64,000 bases of DNA. Origin: Tricharina praecox. Taxonomy: Eukaryota. The notes below the pieces were generated by a model that had not been told where the DNA came from, did not search any database, and saw only the letters and a list, made by a program, of their open reading frames with translations. Below are positions 39,340-50,179 of the stretch, in pieces (the first letter of the stretch is position 1; each line of letters opens with the position of its first letter). The stretch is from the NCBI RefSeq assembly GCF_024521635.1, contig NW_026250404.1:682001-746000 (forward strand), given 5' to 3'. Position numbers and translations under genes: made by a program.

Positions 39340-42300
39340 GAAGGGAAACTTTGCATGCCATGAGGTTCGGGTGGATTGGCGGGGATGGGATGGGATAGGC
39401 TGGTGGACACGATGCCGCTTAGTTACAGGGCCCCCAACGTCAGGAAGGACCGGACAACACAATTAGACGACGACGGTTGGGCGGGCGATTCATTCCAGCA
39501 GGGACGAGGAACGAAGGACGAACGGACACGAGGGATTTCAACAAGGGGCTTGAAAGTCACGACAGACAGCGGAAAGGGCAAACCGGCCCAGATGGCTGGC
39601 AGGCGGATATCATGATCGAGCGAAGTTACAGGATTTACACTTTTTTCTTTTCCACCCTCACTTTTCTTTTCCTTTGTCACGCCCATATTTGGGATACATG
39701 GTAGTTACGGCTACGAAACTCACGGAACCGAGGCGTCCATTTCATTTGTCAACTATTTTGTTTTATTTTACGATCATGATCACGGCTCGACGGTAACTAC
39801 AACACGGATGGACGGACAGTGGGGAGGGGGGATGGGGGATGGGGGGAAGGGGGTTGCTGGAATGATTTTTTCTCGTTTTTTTTTACATTATTCTCTTGTC
39901 ATCCGTATTGCTTGGGTTTTGAGTTTTTGATTCGATTTAACGGCCGAACATCTCTGTTTGCTGCTTCTATTTTCGCGATTTAATGCTTTTTTCTTCTTTT
40001 TCAGCTGGTGGTTTTTTGCATATTCTTTCAAGTTGGGATTTGGAGGAGTTTTTTCTTTTCTTTGTGGGGGTAAAAGGGATATGGGAACGAGAGGGGAACA
40101 CAGGGATTGCTGATCCAATGGTATCTTGGATGGAGGGGGGATGTTGGGGATATTGGGTATTATGGGATATTGGGACTATCATAAGGGGAGTCATTGGGAC
40201 TATTTTGCGGGTGGACGGGGCGGGGGACTCGTGTGAAGGGGGGAATTCATGGGACGGTGGGACGGTGGGAGGGGTTTCTGCTTATTTTTTCCGTACTGGC
40301 AATGGAATTCTGTCCTGTCCTGTCTCGAATTACATACAAACCAATTTTCCATCCGCACATTATGAGGGCAGTGGGCACATCGTGGGCACATTAATGTGCG
40401 CACCAAACACCAAACATGTGACGTACCTACTCCACACTAGCTACCGTACGTCAACGGCCGGGGCCGAGAGAGCTTGCGCCGCGAGGCCCATTCGTGGACG
40501 GCCGGCCAAGATTATACTATCGACAAAGGGATAGCTGTGGCCTTTGGGAAGGAGTCATTCACGTTCGAACGAAGGTGCGCACCGTACAGTGTGCGGTGCG
40601 GTGAATCTGTTCGGAGACTGGAGTCGGGGCGGATTGATTGGCTGACGAGTACAGTTGGTGGTAGTTAGACTGGTAGTACGGAGGTTTCCTGTATCCTGTA
40701 TGTACGGCAATGCAGACGCACGCTACTCGAATGCGCACACTGCAATAGCTACTCTGGCAGTTAGAGTAATGAGCGTGAGCGTGTCAGGGGAGTCAGGGGA
40801 GTTAGGGGGGTACTAATACTGAGGTAGTAATAAGCGTGAAGAGACGTCTTTTGTACATATGCTACATACAAGGGGTGTGGAGGGGGGTGGGGATGGGCAG
40901 TGTGCACGTCGACGGAGCTCATCCCGGCGACCCACCTCTCGAGATGTGAGGTTACACGCGGTACATTGTAGGTACGAGACATCCGTGGATGTCCCACCTA
41001 CGGTATGCATTTTATAATACATATGCACATCACATCTATCTATCCATCTATCCGCCCACTGACCCGTCTATCAGGTATCCATCCATCCATCTATCTACCG
41101 GTATACATCTAGGTACCAGCGATATCCGTCATAGCGTGCGTGGCTGGGTGGATGCGTGGGTGGTACCAGGTACACAGATATGTGTGGAACCTGAATATTG
41201 GGCGGACTAGAGTAGCAATCTCATTCGCACCAGATATCACCGGCGCACGTGCACTCGCTCGCTCGCTCGCTCCGTCCCTTCCTCCCTTCCCCACGCCCAC
41301 CCAACAGGATGGGATGGGGGGGGGTGTCAGTACTAGTAGTATTGGTGTACGAGTGGGTATAAAAGTGGAGGGACGGGGGGGAGGGGGGGGGGGAGTATTG
41401 GCTCCGTACCGGCGGCGAGGCTGTGGTGTGGTGTGGTATGGTGGGGTGAGGCTTCAACGCTGTTGGCTGCACATGCGAAGCTGCTACCTGGCTACATACC
41501 TGATGCCGCTCACGGTGTGAAGGGATCGCTGGTCCGTGGGTGCCATGGATTGTCGGATCGGTTGGGGAAGGGAGGTTGCCGACTGCATGGGATGAGCTGG
41601 ATAGTAGCTGATAACCGACGAACCCGTGGCTGGATCCTATGTACATGCTAGAGTATGGTACGGTACGGTAGAGTACGGTAGTAAAGCTACCGATTGGACC
41701 TCCAGTCGTGGAGGGGGGAGGGCTGGTGGATATGTGGATTGGCGGGGGGATGGGGTGGGGATGGGGGATGGGGAGGGCTGCTATAGATGCGGATTGGGGG
41801 GTGGGCTGGTGGATATGTGGATTGGGATGGAGGGGGGGATGGGGATGGGAAGGGTTGCTGTGTTTGCGGATTGGGGGGATGGGTGGGCAATGGGCATCAG
41901 ACCTTACTAGGTATTAACGAGGCTGTTGGGAGACGGATGCGGTAATCGGTCGGTCGGTAGGCAATGATGGTTCCATTTATATACGCCACTCCATCGGTTG
42001 GGAAGATCTAAGACGTTGCTGGTGGTGCGGAAGTTGATAGGTTCAAGCCGCAAGGCTCCGGGAAGCTAGGAAGCTAGGGTATATTGTGTCGTTGCCAGCC
42101 TTGAATTGGCCCGTTCGGGTATGTAACCAGCCAAAGGGTGGGGCCGGGATTGGAACAGACTGTCTATCTACCTAATATATAGAGTAGCCGGCCATCCGCA
42201 CTATTGCGCACGCCAGTGCAGGATTAGGAATACTCCTCTAGCCATGAGAGGAACAACGCCAGGGTTCACTGCAAGACCGGACATCCGATTAAGGTTCACT

Positions 42301-44772
42301 GCTATCCCTTCAGTCCGACATCATTTATATCTGGGGGTTTCCTAGATGCAGAGCGACATCACGGGGGCGACCGTTGTGGTCATTGTTGCCGCGATTGGGT
42401 GGCGCCGCACATTTGCACACATCCTCACTCGGCCATCCCGCCGTGTTGATAGGGGCTCCAACCGGACTCCACGGGGACGTCGTCAGAGCTAGCGTTCTGG
42501 CCGTTTCAATCGGTTGAGGGGACTGATCGGACTTTCCCAGCTGGTGGTGCGCACTCACTCCCCTGGACGGACTGTATGGTCCGTATGGTTCGACCATGCT
42601 ACTGGCACGGAAACAGACCCCCTGCGTGGATATGTGCTTCATCTCTGTACGTACTCCTCAGCCACTAGCCACGGAACCCAGACGATGGGGTCTGTTGAAA
42701 GGCGTAAGTACTGCACTGCTGACTGGCGTGCTGAGCACAATTTCCGGGATTGCTCGTGCTCATACATACTGCAACACTACCGTTTCCGAAGGAGACGTAT
42801 GTACGCAAGGCAAAACCTGCAGCAGGGGCTAGTTACTGTGCACCGTGCATTGAGAACTGTGCACATTACATGCAGTAGTTCTACAGTGGCAGTCATCCTG
42901 TACAGTTGCCTACGCCGATTGCCCGATTGCCCATTAACTACTATGTGCTTATTCACTTCACTTCGAACCCCCGGACAAACAACCTCCCTCTACCACCACG
43001 CCGATCGAAACTTCCTACCATCATCGTAGGAATTGAAGTCGGTGCACTATAATCTTCACAGTGTGCGCAGTACGAATCCCCTCACAGTACCACGACAGCA
43101 CGACCAGGCAAAGCAGCTCAGGAAACGCCGATGGTGTGGCGTTGTACGATTGACGGCCTCGGCGAGAGTGTTGGCACAGTACGTACGAAACGTTAATGTG
43201 CCGTCTCCCCTTCTCCCCACAAGTACAAACAAACAAAAGTTCGTCCGGCTCGGGATTGCCGCTAGCGAGCAAGCAAGAACCGGGCTGCCATACAACCCCC
43301 CGTCAATGACGGCATGGCAGGTATCTAGAGTTATCGAGCGTTATGTGTCAAAGGACACGTTTGTGTCAGTCCGAGGCTTGTTAACGACAGCATCGTCCAG
43401 TGGATCTGGAAAAACCTCTAAGCAAAATTTCTTGTTTTGAACCACCGCATGACAGTTGACTCGTGGCCAGACTTCGAGATGTCTACGTTGTCCGAAGTCT
43501 ATCACGCGTTATATATACGTCAAGGGACGTATTTGCCCTAGTTAGTCCGGGAATCTACCTACCTACCAACCTATACACCACCGGTGAGGTGAGCCTGGAA
43601 GCCCCCGCCCCCCCCCTGCATCGTGGAGGTGGAGGTGGAGTAACGAGAACCCCACAAAGACACGATTGTTTCGAACCACGGCATCACTTGTTTGCGGGGC
43701 GGTGGGCAGCGAATGGTTTTCGAGATGCATATATTTGTATGGGTCGTTCGTACGTCATGAGCCGGTAAGAACAAGCTTGCTCGCGACCTGAATTTCGTCT
43801 GATATGCACTGCCAACGGATCTGGGGTCTGGGGCCGAAACAGCCCGACGATTCGAGGTCTCTGACATCACGCCGAGTGAGCTCGTATGCACCACTCTGGC
43901 GGGCAGTCAAACACGTGTTCCGCGCGAGGCTGTAATCTTGCGTCAACGCGGCTGCGATGGAGAAGTGCTTCACTGGAACTTGGAAGAGAACACAAATGTC
44001 CCAAAAAAAAGCTTGGCTGCCCAGCGAGAGCCCAGGGGATGCATGCGGCGAGTGGTTGATGATGAGTGGTACTCATTGCCGATCACTCGACACATGACGT
44101 GATTGATTTCTCGGAGCTCCTTTTATCACTCGTTTACTCTTGCGGGTTGCATGATAAAACAAAAAACAAAATAAAAAAGATCACTCGTTCAATCGTTATA
44201 AGTCGGCTGGTTCGCTACTTTATCTGTAAATTTCCTCGCGTTGCAAAACATTTCGGTGAGCGAATGCAATCCTAGCTATTTTACGTAGTGTAGGCACTGC
44301 CTGATACTTCTCAATTCTGTAGGGACAGGTACTTTGAATGAAAAATCTTTGAAATACGTAATGAACTTCTTGTACACGTCTAGGTATAGTACAGCTATTG
44401 CAGACCCTCCTCGCACAGTGTATTGAGAATAGTCTCCATCTCCTTGATATCGCCCTTTGTAAATAGCAGCTACAAGACCATCTTGTTGCTACCTTTTGAG
44501 ACCTTGTAGGGCCTTCACTGTTCAGTGCGTCGTCACGCATGCTTCAGCGACGATGAGAGAGTGTGGTTTTAGCCCCGCTAAAAACTCGTTCCGGATCTGC
44601 TCTCATGGCGGGAATGCTCAAATATTCGAGGACCTTTCTGGCGAGATCTGGGCGAATAAATCACATGAACGGTGAACCTCGCTGGAAAGATGTCCGCTAG
44701 CCATATAGTTTGTGAACCTCGCTGGAAGTTGAAAGGGTGATTACTTCTACCACTGAAGTAATCTTGCAGAGG

Positions 44773-44918
44773 CGGATATGGGAGGATAAAGGAGGATATG
44801 GGAGGATAAGGGAGGAAATGGGAGGATACGGATTGATATGGGTTATTTTGGATTGATATGGGTTATTTTGGATTGATATGGGAGGATATGGATTGATATG
44901 GGAGGAGACGGATTGATA
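44773..44918. repeat. 10-bp-unit minisatellite (GGAGGATATG / GATTGATATG / GGTTATTTTG variants)
   Basis: About 14 related decamers, with a 20-bp higher-order duplication. Confidence 0.85.
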
Positions 44919-45771
44919 AAAATACCAGAGTAAATCTGTATTCTATGGCACTGCTGGATTTATATCCGAGCGGTAGTAATACCTACTAGAGACCTTCGGC
45001 ATCATTCGCTCCCCACTTTTTGCTACTGTATGGGTGCTGCGGCTGTGTTCTCTGAACCTCTGCCCACCCTCATTCTGCTCTTTTAAGTTTCCCGTGTCTG
45101 TTGGTCAGATTGAATAGGCTCCTCTCCGTCCACTTCCTCCCCAACTTCTATGTAGCAGCCCTTCCGGTGCAAAAGCTTCTGTCAGCCAACCGGTCCCGAA
45201 ACGAGCATGACTCCGGTCCGTCCGAGATTCCGATGTTTAAATGAATGTATGTACATCAGACATGAGGGGGCTCGGGCTCGGAATTGCCATTGACCTTAAA
45301 GTTGACGAGGTACGGTAGGTATCGGAACATCACCCGGGCGGGAGTTCCGAAAATGATCATGAACGACTTCCGGAATGAATATCAGCGTTGCCACCGACCG
45401 AGCGTTTAGGTGGAGATTATTTGAAGCGCTTGAAGCTTCCTTATCCTCATCCTCCACGCCTGGCCGCAAAGTCAAAAATCCCAGCTTGAGGCTTCAGCTC
45501 GCCAGTTCGTGACGGACGACAGACAAAACAAGACGAATGCCTTCCCAGTGCCCAATGCCCACAAACATCCTCTCGATGGCCTCGCAGTAACTAACCACGG
45601 TGTATGTACTCGAGTACATACTGCTTCCTTCGCCCCACGAAACGTTCGCATAATACCTACATGGTACATCCCATAGCACTTTCTCCAGATTCTTTGGAAA
45701 AAATAAGGGGCTCGCGTGAAATGGAGCGGCCACGCGTACCATACATGATACCATCCCATATCTACCAGTAC

Positions 45772-45872
45772 AATCCCATCCCATCCCATACCCGTACCGT
45801 ACCATACCATACCGTACCATACCATACCGTACCATACCATACCGTACCATACCATACCGTATCATATCATAC
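45772..45872. repeat. (ACCAT/ACCGT)n pentamer repeat with a 15-bp unit ACCGTACCATACCAT
   Basis: About 4 copies of the 15-bp unit, flanked by (ATCCC)n. Confidence 0.9.
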
Positions 45873-46441
45873 CTCTCCATACCCTACCATGCTGGAAATT
45901 GGCCGGTCGTGTAGATATGACACGATGCCATAATCCATAATGTCCGACCACTACCTATTAGGTACCTACCTTGTCGCCATGGTCTAGAGTACTCTTGATA
46001 GGCCGTATGCTGCAATAATCTGGTGTTATCTTTCTCTCGTTTACTCTCCTCGAGAAAAAATATCGTGATAACAGAGTTGTAATCCGAAAGAGACCTTCAA
46101 CACTAGGGTCGAAACAATGAGTTGAGCCCGAATTATCGATATCCATATCCCCCGCTTGCTCTTATAAGGGAAAGAAGTTCAGACCCCCCCCCCCCCCCCC
46201 CCCCCCCCACTGCAAGTACTTGGTACTATGTAAGTAAAATGGATTATCTATTGAATTCTCATTATCCAAAACACTCCTGGCCAGCCACGAAACGAAACCA
46301 ACCCATCCATCCATAGAAACGCAGCACAATCATAACGTTATATAACCAAGCAGAGAAGAAATAACTCGCAAACCCCCAGAAGATCCTGCCCGAAAAAAAC
46401 TCCCAACACTTACTCTCACTCCCAATCCTAACTCCTCATAA

Positions 46442-46669
46442 CTACCGCGGATAAATATACTGGTCCGCGATCTCTGTCTCGGGATAATACGTCATGGCCC
46501 CAATCATCGGACTAACACTCTGTGACAACGGGGTGGTTGTGTGTACGAACCCATTGTAGCCCTGCTGTGTAGGATAGTATTGGTATCCGCCGCCTCCGCC
46601 GTCGAAGCCGGTCTGTTGTGAGTACACTTGTTGTGGCTGTGGCGACTTATGATGGTATGGCTGTTGTGA

Positions 46670-46714
<45 letters not shown>

Positions 46715-49700
46715 GTCGTACTGGAAGCCGCTATATGTGGGTTGCATTGATTCCGGCTGCATGTAATCGAATGCCGGTACCGACCTCGAGCGCTGGTGCG
46801 GCGACGGTTGCGGCGGTGTAAGGTTGTAGGTTGGCACTTGCAGCGGGGCTGGAGCGGGGATCGAGTATGTGTCGATTTCCATGCTTGATACCGGTGGCGG
46901 TATCGGTTGTTGCTGTTGTCGTTGCGGCGACGGAGCTGCTTGTCGTGGCACCGGATTATGGGCGGGAATGTGTCGTCTGGGTCCTCTAGTCACCGGAACC
47001 ACGGCATCATCCTTGATCAAGTCGAGGACGGGAAGACTGATGGCCTCCATATGACGTGCCAAGTGTACCGTAAGCTTCTTCCAAGTTGAGCAGGTACTTC
47101 CACAGAAGCGGCACTTCTCCGACGTGGGGAGATCGGATGTTTCCTGGTGACACGCATCGACAATCTGCCACACTCTGTCAAGCTCGGACCTAGATGCATC
47201 CTTGCTGTTCTTCTTTTGCGTCTTGACTTTGGGTTCCGGCATCTTGTGTTCTCGCACCAGGTGCTGGACAAAGTTGTCTTTGCGATAGCACGTGTGATTG
47301 CAGTCTGGTTGGTTGCAAGTCCACCATTCCAGGTGTCTGTGCCGCTCGTTCTCGTGTCGTACCCAGTCGGCTTTCCGTTTGAACGACTTGGGCTCGGTAC
47401 ATTCCGGGAATGTGCAAGTGAAGGGTTGGACATCTTCATGCACATGCTTGGTCCAGTCCGAGGGCTTGTTGAACTTTTTAGTCTTGAAGCAGATAGGACA
47501 CTCAAACTCTGCAGGCAGACGAGAGACAGGAGGCGTCGGCACTCCCGGTGGGAATTGCGCAGCTGCAACGTTGCCATCACCGGGTGATGCGCCGTCATTC
47601 TCATCGGAGGAATCAAAGCCTGCACAATTCGTCAATCTATTGCCCTGTCAGGAGAATGAAGGTGGGAAATGGATACCATGGTCATCGGCATCAAAGCTGT
47701 TGCTATTCCCACGTTTATGCCCAATGACACCAACAACACCATCACTACCCACGCCGACGGCACCAAAAACCTTTCGACACTTCGCATTGTTGCTACAATG
47801 ACCATTTGCCTTCAACGCCACAAGATGCTTATGGCGATGATCTACCAACTTCTTGAACCTCTTGCACTGCTCATGAGCAATACGATCGACGAGCTTCTGA
47901 CTCAGCCCAGGCGCCAGCGTCCTAACATTCTGGGCAAATCCATCCAACGTCGGGATGATTTCGTGTTTCGGCAGAGCAGCCTTTGTACCACCAGGTGTCC
48001 GGGCGGTCTGCGGCGAGATATCGCCATCATCCGTGCCATCCTCGTCGTCGCCGTTCCGATTATTCTGTGCGTCGACAGGCGACAGGAACTTCTTTACTTG
48101 CTCTACACCCCGCTGCTGTGAGTCCTCGCCGAATGTAAATTTCTTCGAGATCCGCCCCGGTGTGATTTCCTGGTCCGGTGGTGTCGAAGCTGAAGTGGAA
48201 GCAGATGGTAGTGCCGGGCCTATTAGACTAGTGACCACGCCAAAGATGTGTTTCCGTTGCAGCTCACTCCTGCTCCGCCTCCTCCTCACGCGGGCGATTA
48301 CACCGCTAAGCGGTGGTGGACTGGCAGTACTTGGCTTATTCGCACCAGCTCCCGCGGCCATGAGTGGCGAAGCCATCTGTGCGAATGCACTGCCAATGTT
48401 GGAAGTCTGGACTTGTAAACCACTAGGCTGACCGAATGTGGGACCGAGAATTCCTTGCGAAAATGCTTTAGAAGGCCCACTGAGAGAAGAGAACGAGCGG
48501 CCCCGTTTCCGCCCATCAGGAGGTGACTGCAACTTGGCATTGTTTTTATCCGTGGGGGAAGTGGGGGACGAGGAGGAGTTTTCCCCGTCTTTCTCTTTAT
48601 CCTTATCCTTATCTCCAGCATTGCTAAGACCCCTCTTCAAGCCGGACCTCAAGCCACCCCAGATGCTTGGCCGCCTCGTAGGAGTGCCTGGATTCTTGCT
48701 CTTGTCTCTGCCGAAACTCAATCTCTTCAATGGACCGGGAAGCACCTTGTCCGCATCTCCGGCACTGTTTCGCCGACCTTTGGTCATGTTGCTTCCCGCC
48801 GTTGCCACCCTGGAGGCGGTCTCGATGTTTTCGGCGTATCTCTGAAATTTCATGATGGCCATATTCGCAGTTCCAGGTTGGTTTCGATGGGCCATGGTAG
48901 CGCCTCGAGTGACCGGTGCCGCGATGTCATTCCAGGGATGCGATGAGAAGAACTGTTTGGGTTTGGGCAGCAATGAGGGGTCAGTTTCCCGTTCCCTCTG
49001 TAGTCGTTCCTCATCATCGATTTCGTCAGCCTCGTCCATATCGACATCTTCTGGTTTGCGGGATAGCTCCTTTTTGACATTTGGCGGCGGTTCATCGTCG
49101 AGGGATCCATCCTGCCACGTGGAATCAACCGACGCGACCGAGGAATCGTCGTCGTCTTCATCATCAATGACAACCGCGTTAGCCGTCTCGGTGCCATTCT
49201 GTATTTGGCCCATGGGTTTGCCATCCTCGAACGCTTGGCTTAAGCGGAAGTCTGACACACTTCGCGAGCGCCTCCGACCTTCCTTTGGCGCCACAAGTCC
49301 ACCGCTGATGGGCTGGCGCGGTAATTGTTCGGCGGATCTCCGCAACCACTCCTCTACATCAGCATTCTTGGCTTGCTTCATCGCTTCAAACTCTTGTTCT
49401 TTTAGCGAAAACGGGAGGTATTCGCTGCCTCTGGTAGATGGATCCAGACCGCCGTGCCAGCTCCCATCTTCGCCGCGCCGGATCGTCCCGTTGCCTTCGG
49501 CTAGGTCTGAGGTAGTGGACGAATTACTGTGTTGCTGAACGTAAGGGCTAGGATGGTAGTCTGGTGTCGAATGCTCGATTTTGATGATTGGGCTACCACA
49601 ATCCGAGAACCTGGAGATGGTCACCTCCGGGGAGAGCTGTGCCGCACCTGGGTGAGGTGAGGCCGTCAGGCGAGGACTCGGTGGATATCCGTTCGAACCA

Positions 49701-50179
49701 GCCGAGTTCGGCGGCAGACCAAACCGCTCATCTTCGAGCTCAGGTATGTTAATCCCAAGATCCGGCAGGTCCTCCAAGGTCTCAAACCCAGGTGTCGTAT
49801 TGCCACTGATCCCTATCTCATGGGCCGAAGGTGAGGAAGACCCTCGCGGGTCAAGATAGCTCGAGTCGTAGCTGTTGTGCGAATCCGGAGTAGCGGCTGC
49901 GCCTGGCGAACCTGTACTGTAAGGCGCCGACGGGGATCGCGCGTGAGATGCCATGCTGGGAAGAGCGGGTCTTAACGGTTGCGACACAGGAGTCGACGCA
50001 TTTCCGTCTAGAAGGAACAAAGATCCGTCAAATTCGAAGATACGCCGTGGGTCATTCCGGTTCGGGGAACATGCAAACTGGTGCATGTTGTTCGCCATCT
50101 TTCCTCGTGAGATTTTGTTGATCGGTGCCGGTGAAGTCGCTAGGGAAGTATTGCTATTTGGCGTGTGGATAGATCCCAT
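46442..50179 (-). CDS. Large C2H2 zinc-finger transcription factor (cluster gene ZF3), 2 exons, poly-Q tail
   Basis: Exons 50179-47677 and 47619-46442, joined by a 57-nt GT-AG intron. Fingers: FECPICFKTKKFNKPSDWTKHVHED, FTCTFPECTEPKSFKRKADWVRHENERH, WTCNQPDC..CYRKDNFVQHLVREH and CRFC...WKKLTVHLARH. CAG-rich poly-Q at ~46670-46714. Confidence 0.92.

Noticed and set aside
38443..39462. 339-aa antisense ORF over ZF2
   Set aside because: Shadow ORF of a GC3-rich coding strand.
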